Below, one piece after another: positions 1 to 12,954 of a stretch of DNA of 64,000 bases. Positions within the stretch are counted from its first letter, which is position 1; each line of letters starts with the position of its first letter. The position numbers were made by a program, and so were the translations under genes. A model generated the notes under the pieces. The model was not told the DNA's origin, did no database searches, and saw nothing but the letters and a program-made list of their open reading frames with translations. Origin of the DNA: Eledone cirrhosa (taxonomy: Eukaryota); NCBI GenBank assembly GCA_964016885.1, contig OZ024754.1:10044001-10108000 (forward strand), written 5' to 3'.

Positions 1-775
1 CACATTTATTTATTTTTATAGTATGTTTTTATGTTTATTTCTTTTGTTGTTGTTTTTACCATTTACTCATCTATCTACCTATCTATCTGTTTATCTATCT
101 ATCTGCTTATTTACTGAAAGGTGGGTGAATGAAGTGAAAATGGCCCGAGTGATTGGGCCTTCTCTGTTTATAAGCCTGTAGGTTGAGGAAGAGAGTAAAA
201 GGAAGAAAGGAGCACTTGCACAACACGCTCCTAGAGTTGAGGGTTGTTCTATCGACGGGGTATTAAACAACCCATTTGTGGCGCCTCCCCTCTATTGGGA
301 ATTTCGATTGTTGTAATTGTTTGTTTTTATATTTTTTACACGACTGTATGTAAAATCCCCGGCATGTCTTTGTATTGTCCCCTTTTCTTGTGCGCCCTTG
401 TGGCTAATAAAGAAATATATCTGCTTATTTATCAATCTACCTACCTACCTACCTACCTATCTATACATCTTGCCCTTTCTTTCTTTTCAACATCAAATAA
501 ATTAAAGGAAAGATATAGAGCAAAGATGGGAAGAATGAAAGGAATGAAAATAAAGGGCAAAAGGAAGAAAGAAGTAGTAGAAGGAAAGAGGAAGGAGAGA
601 AGAATAGGAAGAAGAAAAGGGGGAGGGGCAAACGAATGAAAAGTGAAAAGTAAAGAATACAAGAAAAATACAAACAAAAAATAACATTATTGCAAATAAT
701 ATAGTAACACAAGTATGTATGTGTGTGTGTATGCAAACACACACACACACACACATATATATAATATATATATAT

Positions 776-1020
776 AGTGAAAAATTGAACGGAAACAAAA
801 CAGAGAGGCAGTACGAGCAAAGGTTTATTAGTTTCACGCTCTTGAGAGTGGGTGGTTGTGGGGAACGACGTTTCGGGCATAAGCCCTTCTTCAGGCAAAA
901 AGTGTGTGGGAAGAGAGTTACATGGGTGTGTAGGGGAGTGGTGGAGAGACATATAAAAAAAAGGGGGTGAGAGGAAACGGTACAAATGGAATTAAATATA
1001 AAAGCATAATAAAAATAAAC
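776..1020 (-). mobile_element. Penelope-like pLTR fragment carrying a hammerhead motif
   Basis: Unique sequence abutting (TA)n and containing a hammerhead core. Its 776-865 end recurs in reverse orientation at 10448-10545, so it is a dispersed repeat. Confidence 0.55.
865..896 (-). ncRNA. Minimal hammerhead ribozyme motif (stem I eroded)
   Basis: Minus strand reads gc-CTGAAGA-a-gggc-ttat-gccc-GAAA-cg-TC-gt. Core and 4-bp stem II are intact; stem I has only ~2 bp. Confidence 0.6.
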
Positions 1021-1319
1021 ATGAAGTAAAACAAGTGGGGGAAGGGTGGTGACAGGTGGAGTGGGGAGAGGGAGGCGGGGTGTCCGAGCGGGGAGGGCTG
1101 AGGGTGGTGTGTGGGTGTGTGTGTGTGTATGTGAAAGTTGGGGGAAGAACGGGGTTGCATGTTCAGGAAAAGGTGTGTGTGGGGTGGGGTGTAGGTTGGT
1201 GTGTGTGTGCGTGTGTGTGGATGGGGAGGGGTCAGAGGGGTGGGGGAGGGGTAGAGGATTCCGCAGGCTGAGTGTGTAAATATGTGGTGGTACGCACGTG
1301 TGTGTGGTGTTTATACGTG

Positions 1320-1561
1320 TTACATATATGCATATATATATATATATATATATACATAGATATACATAAATATATATGCATATAAATATACATATATATA
1401 TATACATATACATACATACATATATACATATACATACATACATATATACATATACATACATACATATATACATATATATACATACATATATACATATATA
1501 TACATACATATATACATATATATATACATATACATACATACATATATACGTATACATATAT

Positions 1562-1596
<35 letters not shown>

Positions 1597-1641
1597 CACA
1601 CATATATATATATATACACACACATATATATACACACACAC

Positions 1642-1697
<56 letters not shown>

Positions 1698-1700
1698 TTA
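1320..1700. repeat. (TA)n/(CA)n/(TACA)n compound microsatellite
   Basis: Direct reading. Confidence 0.95.
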
Positions 1701-1819
1701 AAGAGAACAAGCGAATAAAGAATTCAGATAGTGAAACATGGTGTGTGGGTGTGAGAGGGGGAGGGGGTGAATGCGAGGAAACAAAGAAGAGGAAGAGGAA
1801 GAAAAAAAAGAAAGCAACA

Positions 1820-1990
1820 AGAGTTAATAAAGACATGAAAAAAAAAACAAGTAGTTATGTGGTGGTGGGAGGGGGAGTGTCATATAAAGGCAACAGTACA
1901 TTAACAGTTAAATAGCTTCAGAGAACCAGTAGAGCAATTGGTTGCAATGACTCTTGCTGATGTCACAGACAATATACAAGCATACATACA

Positions 1991-2036
<46 letters not shown>

Positions 2037-2185
2037 CTGTGACATTAGCAAGAGTCATTGCAACTAATTGCTCTACTGGTTCTCTGAAGCTATTTAACTG
2101 TTAATGTACTGTTGCCTTTATATGACACTCCCCCTCCCACCACCACATAACTACTTGTTTTTTTTTTCATGTCTTTATTAACTCT
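1820..2185. repeat. Inverted duplication, ~157-bp arms (1820-1976 / 2029-2185) around a (TA)n spacer
   Basis: Arms are reverse complements with about 2 mismatches. Confidence 0.9.
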
Positions 2186-2640
2186 ACAGCCCACTATCTT
2201 TCACACACATACGCACTCACACATATACATACACAGTTACACACACACATGTATACCCATACGCTTACACACACACACTTCTATATTTATACACGCACAC
2301 ATATTTTACAACCTACCACCTTTCACACCCTTTGATTTCCAACTTCTACAGCCTACTATCTTTCACACACACACACACTCACACATATACACACTTACAC
2401 TTATACACACACAGTCACACACACATATATATTTACATATACATATCTTAAGGCTTTCACACGCTAACGCAGTATTTTGATTTAACCCATTTGGTCAGTA
2501 GCTTTTGCCACAGCTTATCACGCGCACGCGCATTCTCTCCCTCGTTTAAATTTTAAATATTTTTCTCCCCATAACGGCATTCCTGTCTTAACGACATCAC
2601 CACTTTCTCCGCTTGGCCTGTTTTCCCCCCTTTTGGAACT

Positions 2641-2680
2641 TTTCCCCCGTTGATGGGCGTGAGCCCGAAATATTGGGATT
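2641..2680 (+). ncRNA. Degenerate hammerhead-like motif
   Basis: ccc-CCGTTGA-t-gggc-gtga-gccc-GAAA-ta-TT-ggg. Stems are intact but the CUGANGA box carries two substitutions. Confidence 0.4.
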
Positions 2681-2826
2681 AAAATCTCTACTACGGTAAC
2701 CCTTCTACCTTTGTTTTGTTTTCATCTTTGTCTCTCTCAACTTTCACTTTCACCTGTTTTTCCTATCTATATTTCACTTCCTACCTCGAGATTTCCCTTT
2801 GCATTGTTGTGGCTTTCTTAAATACG

Positions 2827-2868
<42 letters not shown>

Positions 2869-2899
2869 TATAGAAGTGGTCACACAATTGTTCACTATA

Positions 2900-2939
2900 C
2901 CGAGAACAATTGTTTCACCTTAGCGGATCTTCAGCTCGG
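2900..2939 (-). ncRNA. Minimal type-I hammerhead ribozyme motif
   Basis: Minus strand reads ccgag-CTGAAGA-t-cc-gctaa-gg-t-GAAA-caattg-TT-ctcgg. Perfect 5-bp stem I and palindromic stem III. Confidence 0.75.
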
Positions 2940-2986
2940 AATGGGCTTGGTTATAGGAATGGTGAACTAACTATATATATATATAT

Positions 2987-3367
2987 ATAAAATATTAAAA
3001 AAATAATGAATAAAACAATGAAACAGTTCCTTATATTAAACAAAAAAAGTTCATTATTTAACGATCGTTTCTGGGATATATATGTGTTAGAATTGGCATG
3101 TATATTTAACAGATCTATGTACAAAATTATACAAAATTATACAAATTATCAAAATTAAATATACATACCAACTCATATATATGCTGTCTTCAGAAATAAT
3201 TTTGATAGTTTGTATAATTTTGTATAATTTTGTACATAGATCTGTTAAATATACATGCCAATTCTAACACATATATATCCTAGAAACGATCGTTAAATAA
3301 TGAACTTTTTTTGTTTAATATAAGGAACTGTTTCATTGTTTTATTCATTATTTTTTTAATATTTTAT
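2987..3367. repeat. Inverted repeat, ~171-bp arms (2987-3157 / 3197-3367), Penelope-like inverted pLTR
   Basis: Arms are reverse complements with about 2 mismatches and a ~40-bp spacer. The whole element (to ~3500) is flanked by (TA)n. Confidence 0.85.
3054..3199 (-). ncRNA. Hammerhead ribozyme motif with a 115-nt extended stem II
   Basis: Minus strand reads ttattt-CTGAAGA-[115-nt hairpin]-GAAA-cgatcg-TT-aaataa. 6-bp stem I, palindromic stem III, long paired insert. Confidence 0.65.
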
Positions 3368-3501
3368 CTTGACTCTGTATTCCGTTTATCTTTCACCGAA
3401 AGTGATTTTTCATTGCATCTCTTCTTTCCATGATATCCGGACTACATTGAGTTCTTCATACGGATTGGACACTACCGTAAACTCTTGGTAGATTTATCTA
3501 C

Positions 3502-3588
<87 letters not shown>

Positions 3589-3716
3589 TAGATAAACAAA
3601 GAGGGTGTGGTTAGATACCAGGTGAACCATAATGCATCAGAGTACTCAATAGTTCGGATCTAGCTGTTGAAATGGCTGGAGCTCAGTCCTTGGGGTTCTG
3701 ACTCTCTCTCTCTCGG

Positions 3717-3759
<43 letters not shown>

Positions 3760-3916
3760 TTTGTATGTGTATATATAAGTATATCTGTGTGTATATGTTT
3801 TTAATTTTAATTAGTTTTTCTTGTTTCAGTTATCAGACTGCGACCATGCTGGAGCAAGGTTGTGTGTGTGTATATATATATTGTGTGTGTGTGTGTGTCT
3901 CTATCCATCTATATAT

Positions 3917-4046
3917 CATCATCATCATCATCACCATCACCATCACCGTTTTACGTCCGTTCTTCCACGCTAGCATGGGTTAGACAGGTTGTGCTGTTGT
4001 TGGCAGTGTCTGGTCGGCTGACCATGCCTTGCTCATGCAGGAACTG

Positions 4047-4047
<1 letters not shown>
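3917..4047 (-). mobile_element. 3' end of the composite RTE/SINE retroposon (5'-truncated)
   Basis: Matches the 3' ~130 bp of 6926-7514 and 17002-17554 and ends in (GAT)n. Confidence 0.8.
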
Positions 4048-4077
<30 letters not shown>

Positions 4078-4314
4078 TATATAGACATATACACACACAC
4101 ACACACACTCTTTCTCTCTCCAGAGAGATAGAGATAAAGTGAGAGAGACATATAGTGAGAAAAGACAGTGGTAGCTTGTTAAGATATATAGCAATAATTG
4201 ATCTAATAATAATCAATTCTGAAATTTGGCAAAGAGGAAATCTTCAAAGAGTGTTTGTAAATCTGAACATACATACTTTTGTATCATTATTTATGTGTAA
4301 TATCTACAAGACAG

Positions 4315-5065
4315 CACAACATACACACACACACTCACACACCCATATATATATACACACACACATAGACACACACACACTCACACACCCATATATATAC
4401 ATACACACACCCACACACGTATATTTATACATACACACACATACAGATAGATACACACACACCCATATATATACATACACATACACACACACATGTATAT
4501 TTATACATACAGACACATACACACATATATACATACACACACACACACGTATATTTATACATACACACACACATACAGACAGATACACACACACACGTAC
4601 ATACATGCACATACATACATACACATATGCACACATAAATACATATATACATATATGCACATACATACGTACACAGACACATGTATACATGTGCTCATAC
4701 ATACATACATAAACACACACATATGCACATATAAATACATATATGCACATGCATACGCACGCAGTCACATGTATACATATATGCTCATACATGCACAAAC
4801 ACACACACATATGCACACACAAATACATACATACACACGCAGTCACGTGTATACATATATGCTCATACATACATAAACACACACACATATGCACACAAAT
4901 ACATATATACACATATGCACATACATACATACGCAGTCACATGTATACATATATGCTCATACATACATAAACACACACACATATATACATATATGCACAT
5001 GTATACATACATAGATAAGCACACATACACACATATATACATATATGCAGGTGCATACACACACA
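4315..5065. repeat. Degenerate (CA)/(TA)/(CATA) compound repeat
   Basis: Direct reading. Confidence 0.9.
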
Positions 5066-5209
5066 TATTCATTTCCTTACAATAGGCTTATATATCTTCC
5101 CTTATTTTTACCCACCATTCTACACACATACACATGTATTCTTTATATATAATGTATTTTTTCCTTAAGGCTTTATAGGGATTCCATATACATATGCTTT
5201 TCATTTTGC

Positions 5210-5765
5210 AATCACACAGATGCACACACATACATGCAGATGCACACATGCATACAGATGCACACACAAACACAGATGCACACAGAAACACATACAGGTG
5301 CACACACACAAACACACAGATGCACACATGTACCAACAGATTCTCACACAAACACACACAGAAGCAGACACATACACACAAAGATGCACACACATACACA
5401 CAGATTCGCACACAAACACATACAGATGCACACACATACACACATATGCACACAGATTCGCACACAAACACATACAGATGCACACACATACACACATGCA
5501 CACAGACACATACAGATGCACACACATACACAGATGCACACATATTCGCACACATACACACAGACTCGCACTCACACAGTTGCACACACAGATGCATGCA
5601 GATTCACACACAAACACACGGGTGCACACACATGCACACAAACACATACAGATGCACACACATACACAGAGATTCTCACACACAGTTGCACACACAGATG
5701 CACACAGGTGCACACAAACACATACAGATGCACACATATACACACACATACATACAGATGCACAC
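5210..5765. repeat. (CA)-rich minisatellite with recurring CAGATGCACAC unit
   Basis: Direct reading. Confidence 0.9.
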
Positions 5766-5840
5766 TTCTATGTAACACATGAAAAAAACCCAACTAACTA
5801 CTTCAGTGCATCTATAAATTAATGTAGTTTATTATGTAAA

Positions 5841-5842
<2 letters not shown>

Positions 5843-5892
<50 letters not shown>

Positions 5893-6390
5893 TTGTATTC
5901 TTTGTTTCTCCCTCCCCTTCCATCTGATATATATATATATATAATATATATATATTACATATCATATATATATTTATATTATATATATATATATCATATA
6001 TATCATATATATATATTTATATTATATATCATATAAATAATATATATATATATATATTATATACAATATATCATATATAATATATATATATATAATATAT
6101 CATATATAATATATATATATATATATATTATATATTATATATAATATATCATATATAATATATATATATATAATATATCATATATAATATATATATATAT
6201 AATATATCATATATAATATATATATATATAATATATCATATATAATATATATATATATATATAATATATAATATATATATATATTATATATCATATATAA
6301 TATATATATATATATATAATATATAATATATATATATATTATATCATATATATATGTATATATATATATATATATATATTATATCATATA

Positions 6391-6440
<50 letters not shown>

Positions 6441-6495
6441 TATATATATATATATATATTATATCATATATATATATACATATATATATATATAG
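5843..6495. repeat. Long (TA)n-derived repeat with ATATCAT interruptions
   Basis: Direct reading. Confidence 0.95.
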
Positions 6496-6805
6496 TGAAT
6501 GCGTATGTGATCCAGCACACATCCACATTCTCACACACCCTTACACACACAATATCAATTCCTTCACTATATTAACCTCATCTACCTTCACAGGTGTGTG
6601 TTTGCATGTACACACCTGTGCATTATCACTGTTTTTACATGTTTTCCTGTGCCAGCAGGGACAAGCCCTTCTCAAAGCACCACTCTCACACCAGTTACTC
6701 TTTACCACATGCAGATTGAGGTTGTTCTTAGGTAAAGTACTAACGCATGCATGCCAACTGCACCGACTGACTTTCGCTAGTGCAACTCATGCAGGTGCCT
6801 ATACA

Positions 6806-6852
<47 letters not shown>

Positions 6853-6925
6853 GTGTGTGTGATTCTGTGTGTATGTATATATACACAGCTATATTACAAC
6901 TCATGCAGGAGTCAATACATACATG

Positions 6926-7514
6926 TCATCATCATCATCATCACCGTTTTACGTCCGTTCTTCCACGCTAGCATGGGTTAGACGGGTTGTCCTGTTGTGG
7001 GCAGTGTCTGGTCGGCTGACCATGCCTTGCTCATACAGGAACTGATCTGGCTTGATTTCTACAGCTGGATGCCCTTCCTAACACCAACCTCATTTACAGT
7101 GAGTGCTGGGTGCTTTTTCGTGGCGCCTACACGTCCACTTTACAGTGTGGGCTGGGTGCTTTTTTGCCGTGGCACCTCCACGACCACCTTGCGGTGGGGG
7201 GGGGGGGGCATATTGTTTATATGCTTCAGCATGTACCCATGGGAGGTCGGGTACCCTGTATTACTGCGTGACGCCAGAAGTCACGGTCGTGTGTCATTGA
7301 CTTTGAGAGGTGTAGTTGGGTAAGGTCGGCTTTTATCACCTCATCCCAAGTCATCTTGGGTCTCCCCACTCCGCGGTTTCCATCAACTTCTAGTGCTCTG
7401 CACCTTTTTATGCAGCTGTCATCCTTCATACGCATCACATGTCCATACCAGCGTAACCGCCTCTCCTGCACGCAGCATTTGATTCCTCTTATGCTCAGTC
7501 TCTCTCTCAATTCA
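6926..7514 (-). mobile_element. Composite retroposon: RTE LINE ORF2 C-terminus + SINE-type 3' module + (GAT)n tail
   Basis: Encodes [32 protein letters not shown]...[15 protein letters not shown]...DRDFWRHAV, which has the RTE motifs [13 protein letters not shown] and DR..WR. This is followed by the ggtgttaggaagggcatccagctgtagaaa module shared with local SINEs. Confidence 0.85.
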
Positions 7515-7571
<57 letters not shown>

Positions 7572-7636
7572 ATGTATATATACACATACACAGCTATATT
7601 GCAACCCATGCAGGAGTGTATACATACATGTGTGTG

Positions 7637-7667
<31 letters not shown>

Positions 7668-7719
7668 TTATATATATGTGTATATATATATATATACACA
7701 TACACAGTGTATACATACA

Positions 7720-7797
<78 letters not shown>

Positions 7798-7954
7798 AAT
7801 GTATATATACACATACACAGCTACACAGCAAGTCATGCAGGCGTGTATACATACATGTGTATATATATATATATATATATGTGTGTGTATATACACATAC
7901 ACAACTATATTGCAACTCATGCAGGTATCTACACATACATGTGTGTATATATAC

Positions 7955-7991
<37 letters not shown>

Positions 7992-8302
7992 GGTGTGTGT
8001 TGTACACAAATACATACATACATACATACATACACATAGCTATATTGCAACTTGTTTATGCATATCCTTATATAATTGTTATAAAATGCAACTTATGCAG
8101 GAGTGTATACATACATTTGTGTATACATATCTGTGTGTGTATATGTACATATACACACACATATATACAAACACACACACACACAGATATATTGCAACCT
8201 GTTTATGTATGTCCTTATATAATTGTTATAAAGTGCAACTTATGCAGGAGTGTATACATACATTTGTGTATATACATATCTATATGTGTGCATGTACATA
8301 TA

Positions 8303-8448
8303 CATCTCATTTCTACAGCTGAGTAAACTGGAGCAATGTGAAATAAAGTGCCTTGTTCAAGGAAACAACACATCGCCCGGTCTGAGAATTAAACTCACAA
8401 CCTTTCGATTGAAAGGCCAATGCTCTAACCACTAAGCCATGTGCCTCC
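8303..8448 (-). mobile_element. CORE-type SINE, tRNA-like head + CORE only
   Basis: Reverse complement of the first ~145 bp of the 14897/31683/49392 copies. Confidence 0.85.
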
Positions 8449-8479
<31 letters not shown>

Positions 8480-8593
8480 TGAAAAAGTATGACCCCGACG
8501 GCAGAGCTCAAGCCATTTCGACGGCTATTTCTGGACTCAGCAAGCTTAAAAGCTTTTGTACGGGTATGTCAACATTTATAAAGCAAATTTTAT

Positions 8594-8656
8594 ATTTTGT
8601 CTGATGAAAGCGCACCAAAACTGTCTTGGTTGCTCTTGAAATATATATAATAAAAT
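8594..8656 (+). ncRNA. Minimal type-I hammerhead ribozyme motif
   Basis: attttgt-CTGATGA-aagcgcaccaa-aactgtc-ttggttgctctt-GAAA-tatata-TA-ataaaat. 7-bp stem I and ~10-bp stem II. Confidence 0.75.
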
Positions 8657-8699
8657 AATTATGGTTTTATAAATATAGTTTCCATTTATTAATATTATG

Positions 8700-8736
<37 letters not shown>

Positions 8737-9228
8737 TATCAGCATAGCTGTATGGTAAGACGTTCAGCCTGTAATTTACCAGTTCTATGCCTAGGATATT
8801 TAGCTTTCAAATATCAGCTATATTGGTGATTTTATTATGGTACATGTGTGAAATAAGTTGTTTGATACCAGGCTATACTATATGGCTTTATTAATTCATT
8901 TATCTTGTGTAAACAGTACTTTATATGATACTTCAGCTATCTTCACTACAAACATCCATTTAGCTAGTTAGGAAGCCATGAAGAGGAGACTAATGATAAA
9001 GATGAAAAAAAAAAATACTACTGCCATCCAAAATTCTTACCAGTGGATGGTAATTTCAGAGAGATTCACATTCTTCATCAGAAAAGTTGTACACTACTGA
9101 CATGATATTAGCAAAGAAAACCTGTTAACCATTTTGATAGCAAACTGTTCACATAACCTCCCATTTCTAGGAAGCAAAAATCACCTATTTTAAAAGGTTC
9201 CTATCTAAATTAAAATCTTCTACAATAA

Positions 9229-9650
9229 TTGTTTCTTCTTTTGGCACAAGGCCAGTAATTACCCAGTGCATTGCTGGTATTTTATTTTTACCTTCTTAAC
9301 CCTTTAACATTTACATCGCTCTATATATACTATTGTATTTTCGTGGTAAAGATTTTATCTCACATAATATCAAAGCTACGAGATCTTGATATTATTTATT
9401 TTGAGAACAATACCTTAACATCAATAAGAGTGGTCAGTTATGGCTGGTTTGAACAGAAAGAGGTGAGAGAATTCTGGCCAGCAATTTAAAGGGGTTAAAT
9501 CAACCCCAAGTGCATTACTGGTGCTTTATTTATTGACCCCGTAAGGATGAAAGGCAAAGTTAACCTCGGCAGGATTTGAACTCAGACCATAAAGGGTCGT
9601 AACTATGCTGCAAATCCTGGCGTCTGACCCTCTGCCAATCCACAGCAAAT
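9229..9650 (-). mobile_element. Deu/Nin-domain tRNA-derived SINE interrupted by a MITE
   Basis: Contains the tttgcctttcatccttacggggtc motif and B box GAGTTCAAATCC on the minus strand. Split by the 9296-9498 insertion. Confidence 0.75.
9296..9498 (+). mobile_element. piggyBac-type MITE (TTAA-flanked)
   Basis: TTAA-ccctttaacatttac...taaagggg-TTAA; same internal sequence as the other copies. Confidence 0.75.
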
Positions 9651-10006
9651 CTTCTAAAATCTACAATAATGTCATATAACGACTGTTATGTTACATAATG
9701 CCATCTTAATGAAATAGTTAATAATTTTAGTAAATCCCTCCAAATTCTTCATTAATTGATTGATTAAATATACAGTGTATTTAATCAGAAATATGGTAAT
9801 ATAAGGGTTAAGGAAGTTCACTGATCAAAATTGGTTAAAATATTAATGTAATAAACTAAAGAAATCTGAAGGCACACACACACACACACACACACACACA
9901 GATGGCTGACTGAATATGCATGTGTTCTTTTTTTTCTCATTTTCCCCCATTCCTTCCTCTCATCACTCTTTACTTTCTATTTATCATTTATCTTCTATTT
10001 CTAACT

Positions 10007-10044
10007 GTCTTCTGATGAAGGACTAGTGTCCGAAACGTTAAGAC
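10007..10044 (+). ncRNA. Minimal type-I hammerhead ribozyme motif
   Basis: gtctt-CTGATGA-a-ggac-tagt-gtcc-GAAA-cg-TT-aagac. Perfect stems I and II. Confidence 0.8.
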
Positions 10045-10161
10045 TCTCTTCTTGCTATTTCAAGTGTTAAACTAATATATTTCTTCCATGTACTGTGTTG
10101 TTTGTATTGTTATTTTGTTTACCTATTACATAGACACACATATATATATATATAATAATAA

Positions 10162-10344
10162 TTGTTTCTACTTTTGGCACAAGGCCAGGCCAGCAATTAC
10201 CCAGTACATAACTGGTACTTCATTTTATTGACCCCGTAAGGATGAAAGGCAAAGTTAACCTCGGCGGGATTTGAACTCAGATCATAAAGGGCCGTAACTA
10301 TGCTGCAAAGCATGGCGTCCGACCCTCTACCAATACTGCCAATC
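10162..10344 (-). mobile_element. Deu/Nin-domain tRNA-derived SINE
   Basis: A box TGGCAGTATTGG, B box GAGTTCAAATCC, Deu-like core; multi-copy in the window. Confidence 0.85.
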
Positions 10345-10543
10345 AAATAATAATAATATTTATACCTATATATACACTATATATAATTATAAACAGGAAA
10401 GGTCAGTATCTTTTACCATACATAATGTGTATATATATATATATATATGGGGTCCCCCACCAACACCCCAATCTCCAGAGCGTGAAATTAATAAACATTC
10501 GTTGTACTGCCTCTCTGTTTTGTCCCTGTTCAAATTTTTCCAT

Positions 10544-10575
<32 letters not shown>

Positions 10576-10633
10576 ATATTATGTATGTATATATATATAT
10601 AGTTATATATATATATATATACATACATAATAT

Positions 10634-10667
<34 letters not shown>

Positions 10668-11627
10668 ATGGAAAAATTTGAACATATATAGTTATATATA
10701 TATATAAAATGTGTATATATATAAAATGTATATTATGTATATATATATATACTATTGTTATTATACACTATAAATGTTACATGTATATTATTATTTATTA
10801 TACATGCTATACACCAATTCCCAGTTGTTTATGGTTTTAGCCCTGCTCACCCACTCTTTTTTCAAGCAATGTATGTGTCTACACCTTAGAACTTATGGCT
10901 GATTTCAAAAGGGTTAAGTAGCAATTGGAACATTTTTTTTTTTTGTGTGGACAACATAAGAAGAATTTTAATGAAAGACAGCAAACACAAAACTAACACC
11001 AACTATACATTTTACAACACCTAATAGCTCCATTCACAGCCAAGCAGGCTCCAAGAAACTTCTACTTTAAACTAAAATAGTTTAAGCGAAGTTGCCATTA
11101 TTAACACCACAAATTCATAACCAATGTAAACAGAGCTAAAAATCTTAATATAGATCGTAAAGTTAGGAGGAAAACATTTCAGATTTCTGTATGAGAAAAA
11201 TGTCAGAAACTGTGAAAAGATGTTCACGCCACCATCAGCCATGTAAACTATTCATATATAAATTCCTAAGTTCACGAACTTAACAAATCTATTAAAAGTT
11301 TGAAAGAGAATTTAACTATTTTATAAATATAGAAATTCTTGATTTTCTTTTCATATACAGTCTGTAGTGTTCTCTGATTTCATTTATTTTAAAATTACAC
11401 TGGAAATCCCTTAATGAAAGTTTTAAAACAACCCCGAGGCCTTTTACTTTCACAAACGTGGGTGTATATATACACACATATATACACACATATATACACT
11501 GGGTGGTGTAGTGTTGGTGTATATATATATATTTTTGCAATCAGGGAAAAGCGGACGTATGATGATGATGATGATGATGATGATATGTGTGAGTATACAT
11601 ATCGATGTGAATTGGTGTAATTTGACA

Positions 11628-11673
<46 letters not shown>

Positions 11674-11914
11674 TAAGTGTGTTTGTATGCATGTGAATGT
11701 GTTTGTATGTATGTAAGTTCAATTATAGGTATACATAGATGGGAGGAGACAGGGTGGAGCCGAGCAATGTTCGTTAACAAGGCAATTAATTAAGATCCAG
11801 GAATGAACTGCAGACATTTAGACCCTGTGTAATACATTTTAAATGAAAGACAAATGCAGTGAAGGTAGGATTGTTTCTAAGTTAAACAATAAGCAATCAC
11901 ATATCTCACACTAT

Positions 11915-12865
11915 ATACCAACACTACACCACCACTACACCACCACACCACCCAGTACTCTCTACACCACCACTACACCACCCAGTACTCCCTACACCAC
12001 CACCACACCACCACTACACCACCCAGTACTCCCTACACCACCACCACACCACCACTACACCACCCAGTACTCCCTACACCACCACCACACCACCACTACA
12101 CCACCCAGTACTCCCTACACCAACACCACACCACCACTACACCACCCAGTACTCTCGACACCAACACTACACCACCCAGTACTCCCTACACCACCACCAC
12201 ACCACCCAGTACTCCCTACACCACCACTACACCACCCAGTACTCCCTACACCAACACTACACCAACACTACACCACCCAGTACTCCCTACACCAACACCA
12301 CACCACCACTACACCACCCAGTACTCCCTACACCACCACCACACCACCCAGTACTCCCTACACCAACACTACACCACCCAGTACTCCCTACACCAACACC
12401 ACACCACCACTACACCACCCAGTACTCCCTACACCAACACTACACCAACACCACACCACCCAGTACTCCCTACACCACCACTACACCACCCAGTACTCCC
12501 TACACCACCACCACACCACCACTACACCACCCAGTACTCCCTACACCAACACTACACCAACACTACACCACCCAGTACTCCCTACACCACCACCACACCA
12601 CCCAGTACTCCCTACACCACCACCACACCACCACTACACCACCCAGTACTCCCTACACCACCACCACACCACCACTACACCACCCAGTACTCTCGACACC
12701 ACCACTACACCACCCAGTACTCCCTACACCACCACCACACCACCACTACACCACCCAGTACTCTCTCCACCAACACTACACCACCCAGTACTCCCTACAC
12801 CAACACTACACCACCCAGTACTCTCGACACCAACACTACACCACCCAGTACTCTCGACACCAACA
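11915..12865. repeat. C/A-rich minisatellite, core CACCACCCAGTACTCCCTACACCA
   Basis: Dozens of variable-length units; explains the 363-aa pseudo-ORF. Confidence 0.95.
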
Positions 12866-12954
12866 TTCTCATGTCTACATGTGTGCCAACTTAGTTGTGT
12901 ACATTCATTTCAACATAAATCATTTGAGTTGTAAGTAAAGAGAAACATAAATAT

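Noticed and set aside
9038-9095. Minus-strand CTGATGA...GAAA spacing and an adjacent GTAAGA donor-like site
   Set aside because: No stem I or stem III for a hammerhead, and no good acceptor with an open frame for an exon.
11843-12934. 363-aa mucin/extensin-like ORF
   Set aside because: It is a minisatellite whose units change frame repeatedly; no convincing splice sites or signal peptide.
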